IMG/VR virus record: IMGVR_UViG_3300020057_001229
Location: 24,688 to 88,687 of that record
Length of the DNA: 64,000 nucleotides
Reading direction: 5' to 3' (one strand)
DNA from: a virus
Of the stretch, positions 8,673 to 17,142 are shown in pieces; positions within the stretch are counted from its first letter, which is position 1, and each line of letters opens with the position of its first letter. The notes beneath the pieces were generated by a model that worked only from the letters and a program-made list of their open reading frames with translations, was not told the origin of the DNA and searched no databases. Both the position numbers and the translations under genes were made by a program.

Positions 8673-8757
8673 GCTGGCATGGTGGAATTGGTAGACACAT
8701 CAGTCTGAGAGGCTGACGGGGAAACTTGTGCAGGTTCGAGTCCTGTTGCCAGCACCA
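8673..8757 (+). tRNA. tRNA-Leu(GAG)
   Basis: GCTGGCA...TGCCAGC-ACCA, loop CTGAGAG, long variable arm. Confidence 0.93.
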
Positions 8758-8775
8758 TGTTTAGAAGAGAGTTCT

Positions 8776-9174
8776 GTGGAAATTAAAGGCACGCTAGCGG
8801 GTTGGTTTGAGACTGGTTCTGAAGGTACCTATTGGACCCTTCAAGATGAGAAACACATCGACGACAAAGGCATGTACTCCTACGAAGGGATGCATGTACT
8901 AAAAAGCGGTATGCAGCTAGTTATCCACTATCCAAAGTCAGATAAAGTCTATTGGGAAGGTCAGCTTGTTCTCGTTCCGGGTTACGATCCGAAACTTTTG
9001 AAAAAGCTAGGGTTGCATTACTACGTAAAAAAGCATCCGTCAGGGCTTAAGCAGCTCTCACTCGGCGGCTACTGGATACATAATTTACCGGTCGGGTTTG
9101 ATTTAGCAATTTGGTACCGGATCTTCTTTCTCGACGAAGGTTGGACCGGGACCTTAACCTTAATTAAGGACTAG
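8776..9174 (+). CDS. Hypothetical phage protein
   Basis: GTG start after the tRNA (the track start at 8728 overlaps the tRNA); FETGSEG motif. Confidence 0.7.
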   Translation: MEIKGTLAGWFETGSEGTYWTLQDEKHIDDKGMYSYEGMHVLKSGMQLVIHYPKSDKVYWEGQLVLVPGYDPKLLKKLGLHYYVKKHPSGLKQLSLGGYWIHNLPVGFDLAIWYRIFFLDEGWTGTLTLIKD

Positions 9175-9177
9175 CTG

Positions 9178-9414
9178 ATGCTACGAATGACGTTAGGTGC
9201 CAAAGCATATCTTGCGGGAAAAGCTCTTACGACGCCGCTGCTCAATGATCCCGTAGGTGATGAAGTGATACGCAGGCTCGACAAAGAGGATAGTGACGAT
9301 CAGTTCGATGCTTACATGATGTCTTTAGGCGACGGTGCTTCGCCCGACGACGTAGAGCTTACAGACGAAGAGTTAGACGAGTTGCGAAGAAGCAGTGAAG
9401 AGTACGAAGACTAA
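9178..9414 (+). CDS. Small acidic hypothetical protein
   Basis: Fills the gap between the CDS and the tRNA. Confidence 0.55.
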   Translation: MLRMTLGAKAYLAGKALTTPLLNDPVGDEVIRRLDKEDSDDQFDAYMMSLGDGASPDDVELTDEELDELRRSSEEYED

Positions 9415-9415
9415 A

Positions 9416-9499
9416 GGACCGATGATGGAATGGTAGACATGTCAGTTTCAAAAGCTGATGCTGTAAGGTGTGAGGGTTCAAGTCCCTCTCGGTCCACCA
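9416..9499 (+). tRNA. tRNA-Leu(CAA)
   Basis: GGACCGA...TCGGTCC-ACCA, loop TTCAAAA, long variable arm. Confidence 0.93.
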
Positions 9500-9503
9500 T
9501 AGC

Positions 9504-9527
9504 GGGGACGTGGTGAAATCGATAGAC
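9504..9527 (+). repeat. 5' fragment of tRNA-Leu(TAG); direct repeat of 9883-9906
   Basis: GGGGACGTGGTGAAATcGaTAGAC, 22/24 identical. Confidence 0.85.
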
Positions 9528-9592
9528 GAAAAGGGCAGACTTACCCATAATGAAAACGACTATTCTAACCACTTCTCATAAAGAAGAGTGCC

Positions 9593-9879
9593 ATGCAACA
9601 GCTCATTAACATGTTTGTTGGGAATCTTCCAAAACGAGTGTCTACCATTCGAGAAGCACAAGAAAGTGGGGACCTAGCAGAGGTTCAAAATTTAGCACAT
9701 CAGATGTTGGGATGTGCTGAAGGTTACGGCTTCCCTCAGTTAGGGCAAGTAGCAAGCAAGCAAGCAAGCTCGAAGCACTAATAAAAGACCATGGCAGCGA
9801 GCATAGCATCGAGTTGATGATTAATGCATTCGATGCCCAATGCCACTGCATTATCATCAGGCATGGTAATAGGCACTGA
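9593..9879 (+). pseudogene. Hpt (histidine phosphotransfer) domain gene frameshifted in an (AGCA)4 tract
   Basis: LAHQMLGCAEGYGFPQL Hpt motif; removing 8 nt restores VASKLEALIKD...RHGNRH*. Confidence 0.78.
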
Positions 9880-9882
9880 AAT

Positions 9883-9967
9883 GGGGACGTGGTGAAATTG
9901 GTAGACACACCGCGCTTAGAATGCGGCGATGAAAGTCATGTCGGTTCAAGTCCGACCGTCCCCACCA
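9883..9967 (+). tRNA. tRNA-Leu(TAG)
   Basis: GGGGACG...CGTCCCC-ACCA, loop CTTAGAA, long variable arm. Confidence 0.95.
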
Positions 9968-9996
9968 CTTTAAGTTAGCAAAACACATATCTCTAA

Positions 9997-10072
9997 GTCC
10001 ACGTAATCCAACGGCAGAGATAGAGCGCTTAAAACGCTTCCAGCGTGGGTTCGAATCCCACCGTGGACACCA
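9997..10072 (+). tRNA. tRNA-Leu(TAA) with short variable loop
   Basis: GTCCACG...CGTGGAC-ACCA, loop CTTAAAA, TTCGAAT; no long variable arm. Confidence 0.88.
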
Positions 10073-10153
10073 ATTTTTTATCCGAAGTATCAAGGCGCTC
10101 CGTTTTAGGCTAGACTCTATACGGAATTGCCCTCTCATACAAAGGTTTTAAAA

Positions 10154-10447
10154 ATGGAAACCAACTTCGCTAAACTTAATGATTTAATTGCCGATCATCT
10201 CATGGACGGCGACGTTGCAAACTATTCTAATGATGCTGCTGACGCTATTCTTATTGTTAAGAAGTTCCGCATGGACTTCATAGCTAATTTGACTGTCACC
10301 GACCATATGACCTTTATCACCTTAACGCATCTTTTAGAAACTAACAGAACTGTCACTATTAAAGAGCACAAGGCTGAAATGAGTGACCCCATCGCTACAG
10401 CCATTTGCAAAGCGTACTTAGCTATCCACGAGATCGAGTACGATTAG
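10154..10447 (+). CDS. Phage ABA-sandwich-like small protein
   Basis: YSND..DA..IV...AICKAYL pattern. Confidence 0.55.
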   Translation: METNFAKLNDLIADHLMDGDVANYSNDAADAILIVKKFRMDFIANLTVTDHMTFITLTHLLETNRTVTIKEHKAEMSDPIATAICKAYLAIHEIEYD

Positions 10448-10502
10448 CACTCCCCGATATGCCAAAGCTATTGTTGACACCTCCCATCATTTCGGACGTG
10501 CT

Positions 10503-10648
10503 GGTGACACGTTCGGTTCCCCCATGTAGGTCTTACAAGCACTGTAAATGCCGTTGCGTTGGTTCGAACCCAACCCTCCCGGTAACGGGGGGTAGCTCAG
10601 TTGGTAGAGCACGAAATTTAGCCCTATAACCTTGAACCGAACTTCACC
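10503..10648 (+). ncRNA. Circularly permuted tRNA-like RNA (YrlA/Y-RNA-like), copy 1
   Basis: Order: anticodon-like CTGTAAA, T arm, acceptor stem closed by GTAA, D arm; enclosed by GTTCGGTTC/GAACCGAAC stem. Confidence 0.82.
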
Positions 10649-10686
10649 CACCGCAAGGTGGGTGTCCTCTTTCTGGAGATATTTAT

Positions 10687-10735
10687 CAAAACCCAGCGTA
10701 AAACCCCCTGCTTTAGCCGTGGGGATATAAGCTGG
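10687..10735 (+). mobile_element. IS200/IS605-type left-end hairpin remnant
   Basis: TTTAT then CAAAACCCAGCGTAAAACCCCCTGCTTTAGCCGTGGGGATATAAGCTGG; no transposase follows. Confidence 0.65.
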
Positions 10736-10869
10736 CATTAAAACTAGTGCTAATATATATCATATTTACCTTAGCTGGTGCTGTAGGTGGTGGCATCGTC
10801 TTCGGCAGCAAAAGGTTAGGCAAGTGCTTAGCCATCGTCGAGTTTCCGTCCCGTCGAAAGTCACGCCGT

Positions 10870-11143
10870 CTTAGGCGTCATTCTGCGGTTGGGCTGTCGC
10901 CACTGTCTCAAAAAACAGCGCGGTTTTTATGCGCGCACGAGCAAGGTGTTTGAGGTGACCGTTTCGAGTCGTAATTGTCTCAATTCGGGCTATCTGCGAT
11001 GGACGGGGTACCGCCATTTCTCGATGATTTTGAACGTCCGCGCAACCCCAATGGCAACAAGAGCAAGTGGCACCCGAGCAAATGTTGACAATATCTCAGT
11101 AATATCTATGTGTTGTCATCCCAACCGTAGAATGACGCCTAAG
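10870..11143. mobile_element. 274-bp MITE-like element
   Basis: 24-bp terminal inverted repeats (23/24) flanked by an 8-bp direct repeat CACGCCGT. Confidence 0.8.
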
Positions 11144-11318
11144 CACGCCGTAGTACACCCGCAGGTAGAGCCTTTTACAAAGCGAGTTCGGGGATCGCTT
11201 CGTTCTTTACGTTCTTTCAGATCTTCGTCGTGAACTTCAAGAAGGATCATTGTCCTTCCATTGAATGGGACGACTAAGAGATGTAAGCTGGAACTTCATA
11301 TTCACAAAGGAGTTCTAG

Positions 11319-11633
11319 ATGTCCGAAGTAAAGAACAATGACCTCGCCTCGCATATTCCCGATAGCAAAATTACCTTCGTCGATTTTTGGGCTCCGTGGT
11401 GCGGACCCTGCAAAGGGCTTACGCCTATCCTTGAAGGCTTAGAAAAAGAAAACCCTGACAAGATGAAGCTCGTCAAGGTCAACATCGAAGACAACCAAGA
11501 GCTGTCTGAAAAGTTTGGTATCCGCACCGTCCCTACGATCATTGTCTACAAAGACGGTCAAGAAAAGCAGCGGATCATCGGCTCAAAACCTAAAAAGTTT
11601 TGGGAAGAGATCCTGACCGCTGATGACTTTTAG
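11319..11633 (+). CDS. trxA: Thioredoxin
   Basis: DFWAPWCGPCK and cis-Pro IRTVPT. Confidence 0.95.
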   Translation: MSEVKNNDLASHIPDSKITFVDFWAPWCGPCKGLTPILEGLEKENPDKMKLVKVNIEDNQELSEKFGIRTVPTIIVYKDGQEKQRIIGSKPKKFWEEILTADDF

Positions 11634-12424
11634 TCGATGTAGTAAGTTCCCTGAAACTCTATGGTCTTATTGAACGGAGCCGACGTTGCAATGGCTACGC
11701 CGGAGACTACGGCGGCAGAGTTATCAATTACCTCTGCGATACGAAGACTTGTACTTGCGTTAGCAATAAAAAGATCGGCTTGAATGGTTGTCGCACCGAG
11801 GTCGATGTTCGAGAGGTACGTTGGAATTGGCGATCTGCCGCCTAAGGTAATAGCAGCATAAGGAGCGCCGTTTATTTGAAATGATACCGATCCACCGGTT
11901 GCAGCCGACCACACTACGAGTCCGTAAAGAAAAACGGCTTTTTCGGTGCGGAGGTAGTAGCCGACTTGGGACACGTAGACTACGCCAGTGTAGGCACCTG
12001 AGCTTCCGGTGATGCTCGGCGTCCAAGTTCCAGACTCTACGACCTCTTCCACCCACCAATGCGCTGGCGTGGTGGGGTTGTCTTGCAGAGCTATCACTTG
12101 AACACGCCCTGCTCTAATCGCTGCCAAGCCTCCTGAGCCACCTGCACTAGTAAGTGACGTGCCGTTGCTAGCTTTGATGTCAAGAACGAAGTTAGAGCGG
12201 TTCACAAACTTGAAGCAGCGCCCTTGCTTGACCGTCTTAGTGTCGGGGTCTGTAGAGGGAAGCGTTACGGCACGGTTTGCCGAGATGTTGAAATAATGGA
12301 TATCGTTTGCTGTCGATAAAAGCGTGATGTCGGAATCCGCTTGAAAAGAAGCTTTGTGACCGAGACCTGTATAGCCATCGGGGAACTGAGCTATGGTGCT
12401 TAACGCCCCAGGTATAATTGCCAT
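11630..12424 (-). CDS. Tail fibre / receptor-binding-like protein (IPG..QFPDG family)
   Basis: Paralog of 56023-56811; ESGTWTP fibre motif. Confidence 0.65.
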   Translation of the reverse strand: MAIIPGALSTIAQFPDGYTGLGHKASFQADSDITLLSTANDIHYFNISANRAVTLPSTDPDTKTVKQGRCFKFVNRSNFVLDIKASNGTSLTSAGGSGGLAAIRAGRVQVIALQDNPTTPAHWWVEEVVESGTWTPSITGSSGAYTGVVYVSQVGYYLRTEKAVFLYGLVVWSAATGGSVSFQINGAPYAAITLGGRSPIPTYLSNIDLGATTIQADLFIANASTSLRIAEVIDNSAAVVSGVAIATSAPFNKTIEFQGTYYID

Positions 12425-12470
12425 TTTAAATACTCCTTATATCATTACGAATACAGTCAATTTTCCAGGC

Positions 12471-13643
12471 TTACAATTCGGCTGAATTGCTTATTACAGT
12501 GGTTATGAGGTACAAAGACGCACCACCCGTCAGTCCGTGTGTGGTTTTCGCTGCTTGAATAAGAATTGCGTCCACCCCAAGGGTGTAGGTACTGAATGTA
12601 AAACCTGTTTGCGACACTCCTTGTAAATTCGCAACAGAGATGTCGGTATCTGCAACGCCGTAGTTTACGACTCCAATCGCTCTCATTGGTGCGAACGAGT
12701 AGGAAAAGTAGATGTTGTTAGACGACTGCTCGACCTGACTGATGCGGCGAGATAACCCTGACCCACCCCATACTTGAAAATAACGCTGACAGAGATCGAA
12801 CTCTGCTTGGATACTTACGCCTGTGCGACTAAACGGCACGGCAGCCGCAGGTACCGTAGAGAAGTCTCCAGGGCAAAGAGACATTTGAGCAATTCGGAAC
12901 GTAGCTCCCGTAGTTGCAGCCCAATCAACGCATCCCGTAGGTCCGTTTGCAGAAGACGCTATCCAACTGTTTGTGGTGCTTGCTTGGAAGTTGGTTCCTA
13001 GACTTAAGTTTATCAAGATGTAGAGACCAAGACTGTTGTCAAATATCCATGTACCTGTCGTGTCAAAGGTCAAATCTATCGCTTTTAGTTCCCAGGTGTT
13101 TGCGGCATTGATTGTAAACTTTGTAAGATAAGCCCGTGTCGAACCGTTGCCGAGACCTAAGCTGTAGTCGCCGGTTATAGACGCCTTTACCCAAAAGCTA
13201 AGCCTTGCAGGACGACCATGTAGCTCTTGGAGGTTGTAGCCTTCGAGCCTGTGTTGGACTTGTGTGAAGCCGCCAACGGCGGTGGCAGCTCCGGTTCCGT
13301 TCGTGAACAGGGCACTGTACACGCTTTGGTAGCCTGACTCGGCTAGTGTCGGTACGTCCGTCGAGCGTGTGGCTGTGGTTGTGTGGGCAGAATCCACAAC
13401 TAAACGAAGACGGTCGGCGGTGTAACCGTTCGTGTTTGAGATAGTGAAAGACGTTCCCCGCTGCCAAAAGTCCATGTTTCCGTTGATTAGCTGATTTCGA
13501 CGGGGAGCTTGTGAGACATAAGTGAAGGCTCCGGTCGAAGTCGTACTTACAAGAGATCCGGCAGGTAAAGTTGTTGCCGTCGTAAGCTGCGTGCCTGAGG
13601 GAAGTTGAGCTGGCGCACCTATCGCTCCGGGTATAATTGCCAT
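12471..13643 (-). CDS. Tail fibre-like protein with carbohydrate-binding-type domain
   Basis: RRNQLINGNMDFWQRG, LSFWVKAS, E..LCQRYFQ, terminal AEL motifs. Confidence 0.75.
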   Translation of the reverse strand: MAIIPGAIGAPAQLPSGTQLTTATTLPAGSLVSTTSTGAFTYVSQAPRRNQLINGNMDFWQRGTSFTISNTNGYTADRLRLVVDSAHTTTATRSTDVPTLAESGYQSVYSALFTNGTGAATAVGGFTQVQHRLEGYNLQELHGRPARLSFWVKASITGDYSLGLGNGSTRAYLTKFTINAANTWELKAIDLTFDTTGTWIFDNSLGLYILINLSLGTNFQASTTNSWIASSANGPTGCVDWAATTGATFRIAQMSLCPGDFSTVPAAAVPFSRTGVSIQAEFDLCQRYFQVWGGSGLSRRISQVEQSSNNIYFSYSFAPMRAIGVVNYGVADTDISVANLQGVSQTGFTFSTYTLGVDAILIQAAKTTHGLTGGASLYLITTVISNSAEL

Positions 13644-13732
13644 CTATGATCCTCGTAGTAAAAAATTTAACCTTTAGAAGCTCTCCAACTCCTGAACGGA
13701 CGCTGGACGCCTAGAATAATAATCTGAGGTAA

Positions 13733-14005
13733 GTGCTCGAAAGATTCGTTGGTATGAAGAAGATTGGACAATTTTTTAATGCTCTTTTCCCGCAAGATAA
13801 AGCGATACACTTCATCGTCGGTCTACTGGCTTTCGCCTTAGGGGCATTTTGGTCGCCGTGGTTAGGCAGCGGACTTTGTGTAGGAGCGGCATTTTTGAAG
13901 GAATATTGCGACAAGTACCTCGAAACAGGACATTTCGAGGTTGCCGACTTTATCTACACCGTAGCAGGTGGTGCGGTAGGTCTTTATCTGACGTTGTGTA
14001 CGTGA
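13733..14005 (+). CDS. Small membrane protein
   Basis: DKAIHF...KE..D...DF..T..GG with hydrophobic helices. Confidence 0.65.
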   Translation: MLERFVGMKKIGQFFNALFPQDKAIHFIVGLLAFALGAFWSPWLGSGLCVGAAFLKEYCDKYLETGHFEVADFIYTVAGGAVGLYLTLCT

Positions 14006-14556
14006 TCCATCCAGTCAGGTTTCAAACGCTCTAAGAGCGTGAGCACATCGTTCCACATAAACCCCACGACAGGATTAGTACGGATGAGCTTAGGGTCTAA
14101 AGCCCCGAACTCTTCGTCGTCGTCTAAAATCACGATGTCGTCCACTTGAAACTTCGGCATAAGGCAAGACTGCTCTGAGACTTTGGTGTTCTCGTCGAGC
14201 CAAGCTTGAACTTCTTCCCCTCTGATGACATTCCGATGCATGTCCCCCCACGGCGTTTTCGTGGACGACGACAGGTACGGCGTTTTGTCAAGTACCCGAT
14301 CTGAATAGAGAAATCCGTTGCTTGTCAGTATTTTCCGCAAAGTACATACATCTCGGTTTGTCCTCCAGCTTGACGATATGACGACGTTGAGGTCTGCAAT
14401 CATCTCGCAGACGAAGTTCAAGTTCGAGATCGCAAGCGGGCAGAAAAAGTCAACGGGCATCCCGAACTCGTCGGAACGTCCTAACCCTCTGAGGTGGTAG
14501 ACATCGCTTTGAGCGGAATTGAGGACGCCATCGAAATCAAGGAAGAGCAGTTTCAT
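13984..14556 (-). CDS. HAD-family phosphatase (Swiss-army-knife RNA-repair-like HAD domain)
   Basis: FLDFDGVLN, VVISSSWR, RGEE, VILDD. Confidence 0.85.
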   Translation of the reverse strand: MKLLFLDFDGVLNSAQSDVYHLRGLGRSDEFGMPVDFFCPLAISNLNFVCEMIADLNVVISSSWRTNRDVCTLRKILTSNGFLYSDRVLDKTPYLSSSTKTPWGDMHRNVIRGEEVQAWLDENTKVSEQSCLMPKFQVDDIVILDDDEEFGALDPKLIRTNPVVGFMWNDVLTLLERLKPDWMDHVHNVR

Positions 14557-14567
14557 AACTTAGTATG

Positions 14568-14981
14568 TTACTTGGCTGCCTTCATTTCCACTATGACTTT
14601 TTTGAGGAAAGCTTCTACGTTGGTCATGTCTACGAAGGCGTAGTCAAACCCAGGCTGCTTGTGGAGGTCGATGACTAAAGGAGCTTGGGGGTCTAAGAAG
14701 TCTTTGTGCTCTTCTGGGATCAAGTAAACGATGGCTGCGCCGTCTGTGTACTCCATTACGTCGTCGATCCAAAGACGAGCTACGAAGTGCCCTGCTTTGG
14801 TGACCTCAAAATACTCACCTTTGAACTTGTCGAAGGTCTTCGCTGTGGCGACGTAGCCGAGCTTCTTGAAGCCGTCGAAGACGGCGTGGTAAAGCGAAGC
14901 TGGCTCCGACTTCGGCAGCTCGTCGGTGCCTTCAGAAGGCTTTGCCGAAACTTGGTATTTGTTGTGGAGCCACTTAAGCAT
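14568..14981 (-). CDS. Hypothetical protein with N-terminal KYQVSA motif
   Basis: GAGGA RBS; shared N-terminal motif. Confidence 0.65.
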   Translation of the reverse strand: MLKWLHNKYQVSAKPSEGTDELPKSEPASLYHAVFDGFKKLGYVATAKTFDKFKGEYFEVTKAGHFVARLWIDDVMEYTDGAAIVYLIPEEHKDFLDPQAPLVIDLHKQPGFDYAFVDMTNVEAFLKKVIVEMKAAK

Positions 14982-15067
14982 TGGAGTCCTCGGATTTTCT
15001 ATTAAAGAATCTCCGAAGGCAGGCAGCTATCCATCTAATTCGGACGGTTAAGAGCCTAAAGCTGCGC

Positions 15068-15580
15068 TTAAGCGGCTTCTTTGACGGATAAGAGTTTCAA
15101 AGCTTTAAGCATCATGGCTATATCTTTGAGATCAACGATGCCTTTATAGATCCACTTCAAACCATCGAATTGAAAAAGAACAGGCACGTCAGCTTCGTCG
15201 TCGAAGTTCTCTTTGTCGGAGTCCTGAAGACGAACGATGAGATCCGGGATCATAGGTGCAAGCGCCTCGGCGACACCTTGCTTCAACGATCTTTCGGTGT
15301 CATCGGTATCGTCGATAAATTTCCCTGACGGAAGTTGGGTCATATATTGGTATGTGAAACCTACATGCAGCGGAATCTTAGCTGGGGTTTCATCAGCATC
15401 GTCATCTACTTCACTATCACGGGCTCTGATATCAGAGGTGTAAGACTTTTTTGGAGGAGCTTTTCTCCAATTCTTGTCCAAATACACAACGATAGAACCG
15501 TAGTCGGCGCGGTGTGATTCGCAGATCTGAATTTGAACTAGGCAGTAAGTGCCTTGCTCCGTTACGAGTTCTTCTGACAT
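15068..15580 (-). CDS. Hypothetical acidic protein
   Basis: GGAGG RBS, 170 aa. Confidence 0.7.
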   Translation of the reverse strand: MSEELVTEQGTYCLVQIQICESHRADYGSIVVYLDKNWRKAPPKKSYTSDIRARDSEVDDDADETPAKIPLHVGFTYQYMTQLPSGKFIDDTDDTERSLKQGVAEALAPMIPDLIVRLQDSDKENFDDEADVPVLFQFDGLKWIYKGIVDLKDIAMMLKALKLLSVKEAA

Positions 15581-15665
15581 TTTTTTGTCCTCCAGCAGAA
15601 AAAACTACCAGAGGTAAGGTGAAACATCAAACTTTAAAGTAAAGCAACCGTAATTTATTTGTCTC

Positions 15666-16331
15666 TTAGTCGGGTATCGCCGCCGAGCTGATGGCGTGTT
15701 CAGTTTTCAAATCTAGCAAACCTATGTAGAGCAAGTACATCACTACAGCATTAAAAATGTGCCACATGAAGTGGGTGCCTAGCGGGAAAGACTTGCAAAG
15801 TGGCAAGTCCAAAGCCCTCAACGTCAAAGAGGCTATAAACAGTACAGTTGCGCCTACGAACTTTTTGGTTGCTACCGAGCCTTTAACCCACACTTGGTAA
15901 GTAGCGATGGCGCTGAGCAGTAGAGTTCCGAAGTAGTAGTTGGAGTTGGCGACTAGGGAGTGATCGACGTAGGTCAAGAAGCCAAAGTTGATAGCGAAGA
16001 AGAGGGCGTAAATTGAAAGAACTATCCAAGGTCCCAACGCCAACGCACTGTAGAAGGCTCCTATAAAGACTATGATCCAAGAAACCAACGGAAAGACATC
16101 AAGCCACCTCCCCCACGGCTCGCCGTAGACGTGCAGTAAAGCACTGCCTAAGCCCGTTACGAAGGTAAAGAAGGTCAAAAGAACTTTCGATAGAGACCAG
16201 TTCTTTGTCTCTAGTATCATGAACAGACCAGCAATCAGGAAGGCGACGTTTGACCATGTATTGAGAGGCTCGTAGAAGACTCTAGTGCCCGTTAAGCGTT
16301 CGCAGTAGGACGTAAGTGTGTTGTAGTCCAT
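15666..16331 (-). CDS. Ceramidase-like (CREST superfamily) membrane hydrolase
   Basis: YCER, EPLNTWSN, GS.LLH, HFMWH, about 7 TM segments. Confidence 0.85.
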   Translation of the reverse strand: MDYNTLTSYCERLTGTRVFYEPLNTWSNVAFLIAGLFMILETKNWSLSKVLLTFFTFVTGLGSALLHVYGEPWGRWLDVFPLVSWIIVFIGAFYSALALGPWIVLSIYALFFAINFGFLTYVDHSLVANSNYYFGTLLLSAIATYQVWVKGSVATKKFVGATVLFIASLTLRALDLPLCKSFPLGTHFMWHIFNAVVMYLLYIGLLDLKTEHAISSAAIPD

Positions 16332-16347
16332 AGGTTCTCCAATCAGG

Positions 16348-17142
16348 TCATCCGCTCGATAGACCCGTCGAAGATGAATCTTGAGCCCTGCGAATGACTG
16401 GAATTTGGGATCTTAAGAAATCCCTGTTTTGGGTAAACACTGGAATATTATTATCAAGCACAAACCCCTCATCTTTAGGGGACTTAACAACCATTCGCCC
16501 CCTTTTCTGATAGATTGGCAGATCGTTCCAGTTGATCCCCTTTGCCATTAGCATGTCGTGCATATTAGAGCAGTTCTTACCTTCTAGCTCTTTATGAGAA
16601 TAAAGGCTTCTAGCCATCATCTGAAGGCTGTTGCGGGAGGCGTCTTGCTGCCGCCAAATGAAGTAGTTTTCTACCTCGATGGGGTCCGCAATTGTGAAGA
16701 CTCTAGAATCGAAAAGAGCTATTTTGAATGTATCTTGAGAGCTTCGGAACCGGTTAGGAGCAAACGGAAAATCGTGGACCGATCCCTCACTTTGGAAACG
16801 GTTGTTAAAAGCCGCCGTAGCTACAGACGCACTTATTGAACAGATCTTCTGTATGTTGCCGTCAAAATAAGCGTCGGTGTTGTCGTTGCCGAAGTCTGTC
16901 ATGAGAACCGAGATTTCGTCGCTTTGTGTATACGAAAAGACCGCTCCGCTTAATGTCGTGCAAAGCAGATCGGCAGCGGCGTCCATGGAGCAAACAAGGC
17001 TGTCATCAATGGGGAAGTTCATTCCCTTCGTGAACGTATGGAAGGCTTTGCCGTCGATCCTGACCACCGTATACGTCCGCCGTGGCAAAAAGTAACGGGT
17101 GCGGTTTTCGTAGTTGCCTTTCATCCGGTCGCCGAGTTCCAT
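16348..17142 (-). CDS. tRNA-His guanylyltransferase Thg1-like protein
   Basis: RIDGKAFH, YTQSDEIS, FDSR, YFIWRQQD. Confidence 0.93.
   Translation of the reverse strand: MELGDRMKGNYENRTRYFLPRRTYTVVRIDGKAFHTFTKGMNFPIDDSLVCSMDAAADLLCTTLSGAVFSYTQSDEISVLMTDFGNDNTDAYFDGNIQKICSISASVATAAFNNRFQSEGSVHDFPFAPNRFRSSQDTFKIALFDSRVFTIADPIEVENYFIWRQQDASRNSLQMMARSLYSHKELEGKNCSNMHDMLMAKGINWNDLPIYQKRGRMVVKSPKDEGFVLDNNIPVFTQNRDFLRSQIPVIRRAQDSSSTGLSSG

Noticed and set aside
10870-11143. Invertible phase-variation switch
   Set aside because: The flanking 8-bp direct repeat fits a transposed MITE better, and neither orientation gives a convincing protein.
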